Positions 1-10,450 are shown, counted from the first letter of the stretch. The stretch is DNA of 64,000 nt from Candidatus Poseidoniales archaeon (GCA_012959435.1 DUDF01000116.1:5366-69365); one strand, 5' to 3'. Notes: generated from the sequence alone by a model not told the origin. Numbers and translations: made by a program.

Positions 1-2116
1 CTCCAGAGTTTGACACCTGGATTGTCCAGTTACCAGATTGTGTGCTTCCAACCTTTACCCTCTCTACATTGTTTAGAGTATCATAGGTACCTCCAGATGT
101 TGAGAAGCCATTTGAAAACATGTTGCCCTTGTATGTCGTACCATCAGGCGCAGACACTAGAAGATTGAGATTGTTGACCAAACGTGGAGAAGATTGACTG
201 GCTGAGGATGAACCTTCACGGTCGTTCCACACCAAAGTCACAGAGAATCCGTAAGCACCATCTATTCCATATGTGTACAAGTACGAATACCCAGGTGTGA
301 GGGTTTGATTTTGGTCAAAGAAAGTATTCAACGCCAAAATCCCACTAGTTGGATAGATGCTTCGTTGCAAATCGAGTTGGCCCCACCCTTCATCCGAATT
401 TGGAATATCTGAAGAACCTAAGTCCTTAGCACCATTGATGATAATTGCTCTAATCAAATCGCTTCTAGGTTGATTTAGATTCATGTAGTTGCGTAGGAAT
501 TGGCGAACAAGAACTGTGGCTCCAGCTGCAACAGGAGTTGCAGCAGATGTCCCATCAGCCTTCATGTACATCGGGTCGTTATTTCCGTGTCTTGCGTTAG
601 AACAGGACGGCCCGGCTGGATACTGGGCTTCTTCTGCCCTAGCCGAACAAATTTGTACTCCCGGGGCGACTATATCTGGCTTGATTCGCCCGTCAAGCGT
701 GTTACCTTGGCTGGAGAAGGATGCAACTTGGCCAACGGATGCTGTGAATGGACGGCCAGTTGTTGATGCACCCACTGTCAGGACATTCTTGGCAGTTGAA
801 GGTGGCGACACCGTAGTTTGACCTGACGCACCGTCATTGCCGGCTGCGAATAGGACGGTATAATCGCTGTAATCATCCATGAATGCGTCTGCAGACCGGC
901 TATCAGAGGTATATTGCCCACCCATGTTCTCAGCCCCCCAAGAATTGCTGTGAACTCCTGCTGACTGCTGACGAGAGTGCCGGAACATATCGTATAACGA
1001 GCCCCACCGAGCCAGTTGTCCTGACTGGTCGTGCTCCAATTGGTAAAATTGGAAGGTTGTAGCAGGAGCCATACCTTGGTAGGTTGAGTCACCTGAACCA
1101 TCACCTAGCATGATACCAGCAACATGAGTACCGTGACCGGTATTCATATCGGCACCCGAATTATCAGGGCCGAAGTTATTGTAGATAGTCAACAAGCGAC
1201 CAGTGAAGTCACCGTGATCTGAATCAAGTCCTGAATCAGATATTGCAGCAACTTCTCCAGTGCCATCCAAACCACTGTTGTGATTATTTACAACTTCATC
1301 AATTCTAGCAATATTACGTGCATAATCATTAGCAAGAACAAGATTACTACTTGGTTCTGTGAATAGGATTCTGCCATCATTAGCGAGGACAAGCATCCAA
1401 CCAGGGCCTATTCCTTTTACTTGACATAACCAAGCATCGCAACGGACTTCTTCTGCACCCGTTGAAGAAAGATGCTCCTGTAATTCACCAATCTGTTCAA
1501 TCGAGAGGTCGCCGGCAGGAGTTACATCAACATCGATATCAGGAACTGAAATGCCTGAGAAAGCATCCAACGAAATTTGCATCAAATCGGGATGGACTCT
1601 CCACCCCGGGTGTTGAACAACAACTGCACGAATTGAGGGGTGATTGGACAGTTCTTCTATCGCCGATAAGGCAGCACTAGAGTCTGCAGGCAAACGCACC
1701 AAGTAACTATCATCAGGAATGTAATCCAAATCCACTAAACCAAGACGAGTCACCAATTCTTCAAACACCGTGTAATCGTGTTCTACGAGTTGCACGATTG
1801 CAAACCTAGTGTTGTCAATATCAAAGTGGTCACGATAGGCTTCTGGTGGCAACGGTGGTGTTTCACTAGTTGGGTCAAAAGAGCCCAAAATAGTGTGAAT
1901 TTTGTGAGATGACTCGGTGAGAGATACCAAAGGCCCATCATTTGGAGAGGTGCTACCCCATTGCAAAGCGGCCTGTTCTGCAGTCCATTGTGGAGTTAAT
2001 TGCTCAAGTTGTGAGGTGGAGGTTTCGGGATTTTCAACATCCCCATCGGCAAGACTTGCCCAAGATGTTGTGAGCATCAGAAAAACAAGGAGGACAGGCG
2101 CTAATACTCGACGCAT
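1..2116 (-). CDS. Secreted subtilisin-like serine protease (peptidase S8); 3' end runs off the window
   Basis: Absent from the ORF track because no stop lies inside the window. My manual minus-strand translation from ATG (2116..2114) stays open to base 1. Signal peptide MRRVLAPVLLVFLMLTTSWASLA. S8 catalytic motifs occur in canonical order: AISDSGLDSDH (Asp), GHGTHVAGIM (His), LFAAGNDG (Asn), DGTSAATPVAAG (Ser). Confidence 0.85.
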   Translation of the reverse strand, partial: MRRVLAPVLLVFLMLTTSWASLADGDVENPETSTSQLEQLTPQWTAEQAALQWGSTSPNDGPLVSLTESSHKIHTILGSFDPTSETPPLPPEAYRDHFDIDNTRFAIVQLVEHDYTVFEELVTRLGLVDLDYIPDDSYLVRLPADSSAALSAIEELSNHPSIRAVVVQHPGWRVHPDLMQISLDAFSGISVPDIDVDVTPAGDLSIEQIGELQEHLSSTGAEEVRCDAWLCQVKGIGPGWMLVLANDGRILFTEPSSNLVLANDYARNIARIDEVVNNHNSGLDGTGEVAAISDSGLDSDHGDFTGRLLTIYNNFGPDNSGADMNTGHGTHVAGIMLGDGSGDSTYQGMAPATTFQFYQLEHDQSGQLARWGSLYDMFRHSRQQSAGVHSNSWGAENMGGQYTSDSRSADAFMDDYSDYTVLFAAGNDGASGQTTVSPPSTAKNVLTVGASTTGRPFTASVGQVASFSSQGNTLDGRIKPDIVAPGVQICSARAEEAQYPAGPSCSNARHGNNDPMYMKADGTSAATPVAAGATVLVRQFLRNYMNLNQPRSDLIRAIIINGAKDLGSSDIPNSDEGWGQLDLQRSIYPTSGILALNTFFDQNQTLTPGYSYLYTYGIDGAYGFSVTLVWNDREGSSSASQSSPRLVNNLNLLVSAPDGTTYKGNMFSNGFSTSGGTYDTLNNVERVKVGSTQSGNWTIQVSNSG

Positions 2117-2246
2117 TGACTTGGCGACTCAATGCACCCCTTTTGATGGTTGACGCTCTAAGAGCGTCTCATGCTCATAGCACTTTTTCTGAAATCTGAG
2201 CCCAAATAACACGCTTGCATTCAAACTAACAAGGTTAGTTGATTGA

Positions 2247-3287
2247 TTACAAGTTGTAGTAAATATCAATCGCTGCATCAGTTTTTGCAACACTTGTTTG
2301 CCAATCACTCTCAGTCCCCATAAGTGCTCGGATACAGTCCACATTTTCGGGGATAACGTCACTTTCTTGGTGAATTGCTTGGAAATAATAAAGGCGGTCT
2401 CCTTGCAAAGATACACCATCTTCCCACACAAAAATTTCATGCAAATCGCCCCATTTGCGGCCAATATCTCGGGCCATTTCCATTACTTCTGCAGTGGTAG
2501 TAATTCGGTTATCTGCACCATGCATTACAATCACTCTTGGAGTCTCTCTCCACATGTCAAGAATACTTTCGGTCGTCAAGCCATGACCAGGTGGTAAATC
2601 AGCGGTTATTGCGTGAGTATGCATGATTGTTGTTGGTACCGCTACTGCTAACGAATTGATTTCAATTTCTGGCTTAACGGTCATCACATCAGGACCATGA
2701 TGACTTGGCACTTTGAGAACCGGTTTGATCGCATTAATTGGCCCTTTACCTGAATCACCTGGGTCAGCAGCCCTTCGAATCATGGTGCACTCAACTTTTA
2801 GTGAGCCACAATGGTCATACAAAGGAACTAATGTTCTTGAAAGCCCTGTTGTGTTGCACGAAACAACCCGTGTCCCCTCTACGTTAAGATTCTCAGCATG
2901 GTTCGCTGAACTGGTGTATGAGCGCCCAGTAAGAGTGTGTTTTTCACCGCCTTGGAACATATATTTCACACCAGCAGCTTGGTATTTAGCAAGGTTTTCT
3001 GCACCCGTTTTCCCAGGTGAACAATCAACTACAACATCAGTAATTGCAAGTAAATCTGAAAGACCACCTGAGCAAACATAACCTTGGTCGGCGAAGCGAG
3101 CGATTCTATCCGGTTCATCAAAGGTACAATACAGTGGAAAGCCCTTCTTGACTGCTAAATCACAACCAAACGAAGGGCCTGTCTTTGTTACACCAACGAG
3201 TTCCATATCATCTTGGGCGTCAACAGCATCAGCCACACGCTTTCCAATCGTCCCAAATCCATTGATTGCGACCTTGATTTTAGACAT
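2247..3287 (-). CDS. gap: Glyceraldehyde-3-phosphate dehydrogenase, archaeal type II
   Basis: ATG at 3287 gives MSKIKVAINGFGTIGKRVADAV (Rossmann motif). The active-site motif VVSCNTTGL is typical of archaeal GAPDH. Length is about 346 aa. The track start at 3392 adds 35 unlikely Cys/Trp-rich residues and was trimmed. Confidence 0.9.
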   Translation of the reverse strand: MSKIKVAINGFGTIGKRVADAVDAQDDMELVGVTKTGPSFGCDLAVKKGFPLYCTFDEPDRIARFADQGYVCSGGLSDLLAITDVVVDCSPGKTGAENLAKYQAAGVKYMFQGGEKHTLTGRSYTSSANHAENLNVEGTRVVSCNTTGLSRTLVPLYDHCGSLKVECTMIRRAADPGDSGKGPINAIKPVLKVPSHHGPDVMTVKPEIEINSLAVAVPTTIMHTHAITADLPPGHGLTTESILDMWRETPRVIVMHGADNRITTTAEVMEMARDIGRKWGDLHEIFVWEDGVSLQGDRLYYFQAIHQESDVIPENVDCIRALMGTESDWQTSVAKTDAAIDIYYNL

Positions 3288-3500
3288 CCGCTGACCACAC
3301 ATGCCGTTGCCGGCAATCCATTGCGATAGACACCAATCTATGAACATCACGGATAAAGAACAATGAATTATTAGTCGGGAAATAATCCACAAAATGAAGT
3401 TTGAACTATCGCCCTAAGGACGCTAATTAGCAAAATTACCTACCACTTCGTGCGTCAGCATCAATAAGAAGGTGGTATCCAAGAGGGTAGAGGTAGTACC

Positions 3501-5075
3501 ATGCGAGAGATGGTTGAGAAGAGTATTCAGTTGAATCGTGAGCTCGATTCACTGCTCGTTCGTGCCCTTGAATCAAACAAGGCGATTAAGATTGGTTGGG
3601 GCCGAGGAGATGACCCTAAACCACGAGATGGAGAGATGGGTGTTGCTTCACATCTTCCCGTTGGGGCGAGAGTCCGCTTGCTAGGCAACATTGGAGATTT
3701 GGCCGCAATTTGTGCAGAAGGTGGTAATTTCACACTTGAAGGAGAAGTTGGTGGTTGGTTTGGGGCTTGGAATAGAGGGGCAAAACTCGTTGTTGAACAA
3801 GAATGTGGGGCTCGGCTCGGAATGAAACAACAAGATGGTCAAATTATCTGTCATGCATCATCTGGACCAGAAGCTGGTGCAGGGATGTCTGGAGGATTAG
3901 TGGTTGTCCGAGGTTCGGCTGGGAAACGAGCGGGTGCTGGCATGGAAGGCGGCACATTGGTCATCATGGGAGATGCAGCATCAGATATTGGAACCAATAT
4001 GAAAGGTGGCCAAATCATAGTTAATGGGCGTTGCCCACCACCAGGTGAAGGTGCAACAAGTATTGTACTAAGCAGCGATAAATTAACAGAAATTAATGAA
4101 ATACTGAAGGAAATCAATCTCAAAATCGATTCAGATGCTGCTTTGATAATCACAGATACTGAGCATTCAACAACCATTTCAATACCATCACGAGGAATTG
4201 ATTCTCAGTTTGATGCTATTACTATTGTCTCAGGTGGAAACCCTAGACTTCACGAACATGCCCCACTTGATTTGTTAACACTATTACAACTAAGAGGTGA
4301 AGAAAAGGGGATGTTACTCCCCTTACCGGTATTCCCACGACTTGAAAGTGGAAAGGGTTTGAAGGGAGATTTCCTAAATCGCCAGCCATGCATAGTAAGT
4401 ACTCACCCAAGAGAAATTGACTTGTTACGGATTAGTGAAACTAACCTTCATGATTGCACCGATGGATTGAGTAACGCTGCTGGAGCGGTGATTTGCCTAG
4501 ATGATTTACCACGCATGAACGATGCTGAATTAGATGCGATGATTTCATTGGTGAAATCTAAACTTGCTGATGATAAATTCATTCTTCTTAGCGGGGGTAT
4601 TGACCGAATTTCAATGATTCATCGAATGGCGGCAGCACTCGACTGTGACGGTGCGATTGCTGACTCTGCAACCGCTGCCCACCTACCAGCCAGTGCAGTT
4701 CTACCAATGGTTGGACTTTCTGCACGTGAGCATCAGCTTACTCGCAAAGGAGTGTCACAAGGAATTTCCATACCTTGGGAGGCAGCGGCAACTGATGCGC
4801 TGATAATCGCTGCCGCTGGAGCACAATTCATCGTCAGCAACCCATTTGCCAATTCTGAAATCCCTAAGACCGACAAAGGAAAGGCGGAGTTCGTTGAGAA
4901 TTGGTTAGCAACTTTAGATTCTGAAATCCGAGGCCGATTAGTAGAAATCGGTGAAGATGGTATTGACCAACTCAATCGCCGCCACCTGAGGGCTCTAGAC
5001 TCAGACACTGCTAATATGACTGGGATTCGCTTAGCCGGTTACGATAGACCAATGCCACAATGGCTTGGCCAGTGA
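3501..5075 (+). CDS. GXGXG-motif protein (glutamate synthase alpha-subunit C-terminal / FwdC-like domain) with a divergent C-terminal half
   Basis: Repeated Gly-rich beta-helix pattern: GNIGDLAAICAEGGNFTLEGEVGGWFGAWNRGAKLVV ... SGGLVVVRGSAGKRAGAGMEGGTLVIMGDAASDIGTNMKGGQIIVNG. The C-terminal ~290 aa only loosely resemble an FMN TIM barrel (GGIDRISMIHRMAAALDCDGAIADS). No function can be assigned. Confidence 0.6.
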   Translation: MREMVEKSIQLNRELDSLLVRALESNKAIKIGWGRGDDPKPRDGEMGVASHLPVGARVRLLGNIGDLAAICAEGGNFTLEGEVGGWFGAWNRGAKLVVEQECGARLGMKQQDGQIICHASSGPEAGAGMSGGLVVVRGSAGKRAGAGMEGGTLVIMGDAASDIGTNMKGGQIIVNGRCPPPGEGATSIVLSSDKLTEINEILKEINLKIDSDAALIITDTEHSTTISIPSRGIDSQFDAITIVSGGNPRLHEHAPLDLLTLLQLRGEEKGMLLPLPVFPRLESGKGLKGDFLNRQPCIVSTHPREIDLLRISETNLHDCTDGLSNAAGAVICLDDLPRMNDAELDAMISLVKSKLADDKFILLSGGIDRISMIHRMAAALDCDGAIADSATAAHLPASAVLPMVGLSAREHQLTRKGVSQGISIPWEAAATDALIIAAAGAQFIVSNPFANSEIPKTDKGKAEFVENWLATLDSEIRGRLVEIGEDGIDQLNRRHLRALDSDTANMTGIRLAGYDRPMPQWLGQ

Positions 5076-5089
5076 TGGAGGATGTTGGG

Positions 5090-6850
5090 ATGCCAACCGT
5101 CACTTTTGACCACCAAAACCTACGCATTCTCCAACTAGGCGCTAACATCACCCACGACCCTGCTCTATGGGGTGAGGAATTGGATAAAATTGGATGCGTT
5201 GTAGAAGAATGTGATGATAATACTGTTGAAATTGAGGTATTTCCAGACCGCCCAGATCTCCTTAGTGCTGAGACTATGGCTTACGCTACCAGAACTTTCC
5301 TTCATGATGCTGATGCTGAACCAAAACTGCCCGTAAAGGCTGGCTCAATCACGATGACTGTTGACCCATCATTGGAAAATGTACGTCCTATCATCTATGG
5401 TGCAGTAGTGCGAGGTGTCAACACAGGACATACTAGTGAAGCGCGAAGCCAATTCATCCAGGGATTGATGGACCACCAAGAAAAGTTACACTTTGCATTA
5501 GGGAGAGGGAGAAGGCGCTCTTCCATCGGGGTTCACGACCTATCAAGACTTAAGCCACCTTTCCGAGTCATAACTGTTGATTCAAAGTACAAATTCATAC
5601 CTCTTGCAATGAACGAAGAGATGACAATTTCTGATATTCTTAGTGAGCACCCCAAAGGTGTAAATTACGCACATCTCCTTGATGGCTTTGAAAAATTCCC
5701 AGTGATTCTAGATGCTTCTGGAGATGTACTTTCTTTCCCACCCATAATCAATGGTGCTCATACAACTGTAAGCGAAGAAACTACAGATTTCTTCATTGAT
5801 GTAACTGGCTGGGATAAAAAGGCATGCGAATCGTCTCTGCTCCTAGTATGCCTCTCGATGGCGGTTCGCGGTGGCACCATTGAAAGCATTGAGTTGACAG
5901 GTTGGAATGGAGAAATGTCGATTTGTCCAAATGGCTCACCACAAACTCATAAATTGCCAAAATCACTACTAGAAAATGTACTTGGAAGAGAGTTTAGTGA
6001 TGCTGAGATTTCTGAAGCAATCAATCGAATGGGTGGCCGCTTCATTCGTAGACGAGTAGTCACTGATGGCCCACTTGTTTCAGAGAGGTGGGCTGATGCA
6101 GAAGTTGGTAGCGATGAATATCTAATTGAAATGCCAAGGTGGCGCTCAGACATCCTTCACCCTGTTGATATGGTGGAAGAAGTTGCCACTGGGATTGGTT
6201 ACGAAGACCTAGGTGTCGCAACTTCAATGCAAAGCATCGCCGGAAAACCGCTTAAAAAAATGACACTACATCGAAGAATTAGAGAAAGTTTGCAGGGCTG
6301 TGGATTACAGCAGATACAATCACTCACATTATCAAATGAAGGTGACCAATTTACTAAAATGAGGCAAAAACACAGTGGTAGTGTTACTGAATTACATAAT
6401 CCTATCACAATTGAACATACAATAATGAGGCAATACATTCTCCCAAGTTTACTCAGACTTTTAGCAGCAAATCGCCACCATGAATTACCCCAAAGGGTGT
6501 ATGAATTAGGCACCGTGGTACATGATCATCATAACAACGACAGAGTGGCTTGGGGCTGTGCGGAAGTAGGTACCGGATTTACCGGTGCGAAGGGCATTGC
6601 TCAAGCATTACTAAGAGATTTAGGAGTTGAACAAGAAGAACTTGAGGTCAACTACAAGCCCATAAAATCAGGCGATGGACCTTGGTTAGAAGGGCGAGGG
6701 GCTGATATTCTAATCAATGGGAAAAAAGTGGGTAGTTGTGGGGAAATAGACCCAGTGATTGCGGACTTATTTGAACTAAGAGTTCCGATTCAGGCTGGTG
6801 AATTCGATGTTGAGGCGCTAGGAAGGATGATTCCAGACCCAGTCCATTAA
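5090..6850 (+). CDS. pheT: Phenylalanine--tRNA ligase beta subunit (archaeal type)
   Basis: MPTVTFDHQNL start at ATG 5090 is preceded by GGAGGA (5077..5082). The B3_4-type core is HPKGVNYAHLL ... FPVILDASGDVLSFPPIINGAHTTV. Length is about 586 aa. The track start at 5060 would overlap the upstream stop at 5073..5075. Confidence 0.85.
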   Translation: MPTVTFDHQNLRILQLGANITHDPALWGEELDKIGCVVEECDDNTVEIEVFPDRPDLLSAETMAYATRTFLHDADAEPKLPVKAGSITMTVDPSLENVRPIIYGAVVRGVNTGHTSEARSQFIQGLMDHQEKLHFALGRGRRRSSIGVHDLSRLKPPFRVITVDSKYKFIPLAMNEEMTISDILSEHPKGVNYAHLLDGFEKFPVILDASGDVLSFPPIINGAHTTVSEETTDFFIDVTGWDKKACESSLLLVCLSMAVRGGTIESIELTGWNGEMSICPNGSPQTHKLPKSLLENVLGREFSDAEISEAINRMGGRFIRRRVVTDGPLVSERWADAEVGSDEYLIEMPRWRSDILHPVDMVEEVATGIGYEDLGVATSMQSIAGKPLKKMTLHRRIRESLQGCGLQQIQSLTLSNEGDQFTKMRQKHSGSVTELHNPITIEHTIMRQYILPSLLRLLAANRHHELPQRVYELGTVVHDHHNNDRVAWGCAEVGTGFTGAKGIAQALLRDLGVEQEELEVNYKPIKSGDGPWLEGRGADILINGKKVGSCGEIDPVIADLFELRVPIQAGEFDVEALGRMIPDPVH

Positions 6851-6863
6851 ATTGGATTTACAA

Positions 6864-7253
6864 TTACGCTGAATATGGACTGAAAGAACCATCTTCGGAT
6901 TTCACATAAGCAGCCTCATCAAAAGATCCATCATCATTCTTGAGATACCAATACCCGTCACCACTCTGTACGTATTCGCGTTCAGTTCCGCCACCACTAA
7001 CTGTATCCACTAAGTCAACTGTTTCTTCATTTTGTTGAGTATCAACAACTTCAGTTTTTACAACCTCGCCAGCAGACTCTTTACCAAGATGGGGGGTTGT
7101 CAACAAATCAATAGCGGCTTGATATTGTTCATCCTCAATATGGCTTCTATCCGATATGATTTCCTCGGCATGATGGTCGTCCTTACTATACGTGACAATT
7201 TTTTGTCCTTCGGCCTCGGACGCCTTTTTCTTGAATGGCCATATACCCGCCAT
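6864..7253 (-). CDS. Hypothetical small acidic protein
   Basis: ATG at 7253 (MAGIWPFKKK...) gives 129 aa. The C-terminus has paired GDGYWYLKNDDGSF / KSEDGSFSPY motifs. The track start at 7412 adds a Cys-rich extension overlapping the neighbouring divergent gene start. No family recognised. Confidence 0.35.
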   Translation of the reverse strand: MAGIWPFKKKASEAEGQKIVTYSKDDHHAEEIISDRSHIEDEQYQAAIDLLTTPHLGKESAGEVVKTEVVDTQQNEETVDLVDTVSGGGTEREYVQSGDGYWYLKNDDGSFDEAAYVKSEDGSFSPYSA

Positions 7254-7378
7254 GATAGGTCGAATATGGTTCCTTGCCTTAGAATGTGTGATTGGAATAT
7301 TAGAAAATGAACAAAAATTGACTTGTAGCACACACAAGCAGGAGCAACTCTTCAAGAACCATACCAATTCCGAGAACC

Positions 7379-9703
7379 ATGCGCAGGTCACTGTTGCAAC
7401 CGATACTGGCACTTCTCCTTGTACTAACTGTATCAGTACTTCCTATACTTGAAACAGATAATACTCACCATCAGAAAGCCATCTCACTTGTTGAATTCTC
7501 AATTGCTGGGACATCAAACAACTCAAATAACTACACAAGTAACCTATCTTGGGGGCCAAATTCTGGTCTAAACGCATTTGCGTCTGTTGATACACCGATG
7601 ACTATGTCAATTAACATCACTAATGGAGCAAATGTTAGTGATGCGGTTGATTTTATCCTCACCAGTGATGCTGGCTGGGATTGTATCTGGTTCGGCACAA
7701 TCATCCCTTGCCACCAACCAAATCAAATCGTTATTGGATCAGGGGAATTAGGATGGCCGCAATATACGATTACAGTTCCACCCGTAGTAGATGGGGCTCC
7801 TCTAGCTTTTATGAGGCACCCGTTTCAGTTAACTGCTATTTCTAGCCTAGATGGTGCTGAGGTCAAATATAATTTCACATTAGAACCAGATGAGTGGTTT
7901 CAAGCAAAATTTGATTCTTCTAACAGTAATATTAGTTTAGAGCCGGGTAAATTAGAGCGAATTACACTTACCCTTCGGAATACTGGAAATTCACCCGCAC
8001 AACTGATCGCTCGTGTAGTGCCCTTAGATTCCAATAATTTACCATTGCCAGGATTCACACCAGAACAGTCCTATCAACATGAACAAAATATTTCCTATCA
8101 GCACGATGGGTGGTGGGTGGGTATATACAATGCCCACAACCTGAATGGGCAGGGTGGAAATGGTATAGGAGCAAATGTACAAGCCACTATTGATATCGAT
8201 ATCCAACCACCATCTCTAGCTACTGGACAGATGAAGGTTGGAATAGTGGCATGGAGTAATTACAATCCAACTGAGAGAGTAATGATTACCATTGATTCAA
8301 GCATAGTTTGGGAACGAGGAGGTGAATTATTTGTAGAGGAAAATTGTGGTGATAGTGATGTATCACCTGAACAAAGTTGTAGCGCTACAATTAGTATAAC
8401 CAATACCGGAAATTTTGAAGATTCATTTGAAATAATTGTTGACAATGAAAGTTGGTTGGGCGCAGAACTAAGCCAACATACGACGGTACTAACAAAAGAT
8501 GAAACCAAAGAGGCTGCAATACTAACACTGACTGTTCAAGAGATGACCCCGGCATTTTCTCATGGTTCGGTCACAATCACATTGAAACTAGTTTCAGGTG
8601 AAATTCTTGGTATTCAAACCATTGGATTGCGAGTTGCACCTTTGGTTAATTGGGAATTACATGCAATTGAGAGTAGCATTGATTCCCATGACAATATTTC
8701 AGTTGCCTACACAATACGAAACCTTGGTAATGGAGACGATGGACTACAAGTTTCTCTTCATGTTGATATGAGTGTAGAACATGGTTTTGTCCCACCAGAC
8801 CAAGCAACACATGGTTCTGACACGGACACACCTAGATTCTTTGAAATTGTCCAAATACCCCCTGGAGTGAACTTTACTTTCCGAGCTTGGATGCACCTGC
8901 CTCATGATAACGAAGCAAATGGCACAATCATTATGACTGTTGAAATGCAGAGTATTTTGAGTCCTGATATCATGTTTGTAAACGAGACAAAAATAGAATA
9001 TCTAGCCGATGCATGGAGGCCTGAAAATATTCACGAAGATTCTGCTTGGGTGAAACTTGAGATGGCTGCTGCCGACTTATGGAATCAATTTAATGGCTTG
9101 GTAATGACTATTCTAGTGGTTCTAGCAGGCTCACTTGGACTTTTACAAGCACTCAAACATCGAGCAGCCAAAGATGCAGCATGGAAGGCTAGGTTGGCAG
9201 CAGCAGAGCCAGCCGCACCTGAAAAGCCTGAAGAATGGATGGGGAAATTTGACAAAAAAGGTGGGACAGGAAACAAAGGAATTGTTGGAACAGTCATTGA
9301 AGCACCTAAAATTGCAGCCAGGGTGTTTCAAGACTTGTTCACTACTAATACTCCGCCAAAGAGCAAACAAAAAGAAAAACCATCTGAATCCCTTCTTGAT
9401 GCCGCTAATACAGTTTTAGAACACCATGAAACCACTATAGAAGGTGACTTGCTAGATGACTTGGCTGGTAAGTTAGTTATTGAAAAGGATTCACATCCCG
9501 CAAACGAATTATTTGACAAAGTGGAACAAGAATCAGGGAGAACTGTGAGGAAACCTAAGCAAAAGTCGGGATCAAAATACCTGAAACCTAAAACAGAATC
9601 ATCTAAACAAAGCAGTTCATCAACAAAGAATGCGAAGGATTCACACACCGCCACCTCTCCAGCCGTAGTGGAACAAGGCGATGAATTAGACCTTGACCTC
9701 TGA
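7379..9703 (+). CDS. Type I membrane-anchored surface protein with CARDB-like modules
   Basis: Signal peptide MRRSLLQPILALLLVLTVSVLPIL. Three modules have the CARDB-like N(T/L)GN signature (LTLRNTGNSPAQL, ISITNTGNFEDSFEI, YTIRNLGNGDDGLQV). A single TM (LVMTILVVLAGSLGLLQAL) is followed by a ~180-aa Lys/Ser-rich tail. Confidence 0.6.
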   Translation: MRRSLLQPILALLLVLTVSVLPILETDNTHHQKAISLVEFSIAGTSNNSNNYTSNLSWGPNSGLNAFASVDTPMTMSINITNGANVSDAVDFILTSDAGWDCIWFGTIIPCHQPNQIVIGSGELGWPQYTITVPPVVDGAPLAFMRHPFQLTAISSLDGAEVKYNFTLEPDEWFQAKFDSSNSNISLEPGKLERITLTLRNTGNSPAQLIARVVPLDSNNLPLPGFTPEQSYQHEQNISYQHDGWWVGIYNAHNLNGQGGNGIGANVQATIDIDIQPPSLATGQMKVGIVAWSNYNPTERVMITIDSSIVWERGGELFVEENCGDSDVSPEQSCSATISITNTGNFEDSFEIIVDNESWLGAELSQHTTVLTKDETKEAAILTLTVQEMTPAFSHGSVTITLKLVSGEILGIQTIGLRVAPLVNWELHAIESSIDSHDNISVAYTIRNLGNGDDGLQVSLHVDMSVEHGFVPPDQATHGSDTDTPRFFEIVQIPPGVNFTFRAWMHLPHDNEANGTIIMTVEMQSILSPDIMFVNETKIEYLADAWRPENIHEDSAWVKLEMAAADLWNQFNGLVMTILVVLAGSLGLLQALKHRAAKDAAWKARLAAAEPAAPEKPEEWMGKFDKKGGTGNKGIVGTVIEAPKIAARVFQDLFTTNTPPKSKQKEKPSESLLDAANTVLEHHETTIEGDLLDDLAGKLVIEKDSHPANELFDKVEQESGRTVRKPKQKSGSKYLKPKTESSKQSSSSTKNAKDSHTATSPAVVEQGDELDLDL

Positions 9704-9712
9704 GATGACAAT

Positions 9713-10450
9713 ATGTGGGTTGCCGGAATTGATGAAGCTGGACGAGGACCGTGTATTGGGCCGCTAGTAGTAGCAATTGTTGCAATACCTCAATCAGATA
9801 TCCCATTACTTGAGGAACAAGGAATTGATGATTCTAAGAAATTAACACCTAAGAGGAGATTGGAATGCCACGACTGGTTGTATGAACAATCACAACACAG
9901 AGGGTGGCGTATTGAAGTTCTGAATGCTATGCCATACCACATTGATAACTGGATGGAATCTAAATCACTTAACGACTTAGAAGTCGAAATGTTTGCTTAC
10001 GTTGCAAATAAAATCCTCCCACCAAAGAACCAAGATGAAGGTATCCTACATCTCGATGCTTGTGATGTAAATGAACAGCGGTTCGGCGATAACATTGGTA
10101 CAAGATTGAATGATTGGCCATGGGGAAACTGGGAAATCACTAGTGAGCATGGTGCTGATGCCAAACACTTGGTAGTTGGTGCCGCTTCAATCATTGCAAA
10201 GCAAGTACGTGACACATTCATTGAGAAACTAAAGCAAGAGGAAGGGATACCATTTGGCTCCGGTTATCCCTCCGACCCAAACACTAGGAAGGTATTACCA
10301 GAATTAATGAAGGGTGCCACACCCCATCAGATGTTGCGGTGGAAATGGAAAACAACAGAAAATGCTTGGCAAGATTCTCACGACTCTCCAATACCTACTA
10401 GGCTCCGTGAAGCGTCATTGTTCAAAGAAAGGAATCTGTTAGATTATTGA
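9713..10450 (+). CDS. rnhB: Ribonuclease HII
   Basis: N-terminus [21 protein letters not shown] with catalytic DEAGRG, then [11 protein letters not shown]; SIIAKQVRD near the C-terminal third. Confidence 0.9.
   Translation: MWVAGIDEAGRGPCIGPLVVAIVAIPQSDIPLLEEQGIDDSKKLTPKRRLECHDWLYEQSQHRGWRIEVLNAMPYHIDNWMESKSLNDLEVEMFAYVANKILPPKNQDEGILHLDACDVNEQRFGDNIGTRLNDWPWGNWEITSEHGADAKHLVVGAASIIAKQVRDTFIEKLKQEEGIPFGSGYPSDPNTRKVLPELMKGATPHQMLRWKWKTTENAWQDSHDSPIPTRLREASLFKERNLLDY

Noticed and set aside
489-1104. Track ORFs 489..821 (+), 500..766 (+) and 778..1104 (-) in an otherwise empty-looking region
   Set aside because: All three lie inside, and out of frame with, the long minus-strand S8 protease ORF (1..2116), which has the full catalytic motif set. 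They are shadow ORFs.
2152-2168. A perfect 7-bp stem / 3-nt loop hairpin (GACGCTC TAA GAGCGTC) between gap and the protease gene, considered as a terminator
   Set aside because: On the transcribed (minus) strand it is not followed by an oligo-T run, and a 3-nt loop is tight. I keep it only as a possible operator look-alike, mentioned under the palindrome finding.
3288-3392. A 35-residue N-terminal extension of the gap ORF (MWIISRLIIHCSLSV...)
   Set aside because: The canonical GAPDH N-terminus MSKIKVAINGFGTIGKR starts at the ATG at 3287. The extension is Cys/Trp-rich and has no counterpart in the family. The same trimming logic was applied to other TTG/GTG-extended track starts (5060, 7412, 23432, 24550, 26143, 26209, 61896, 63236).
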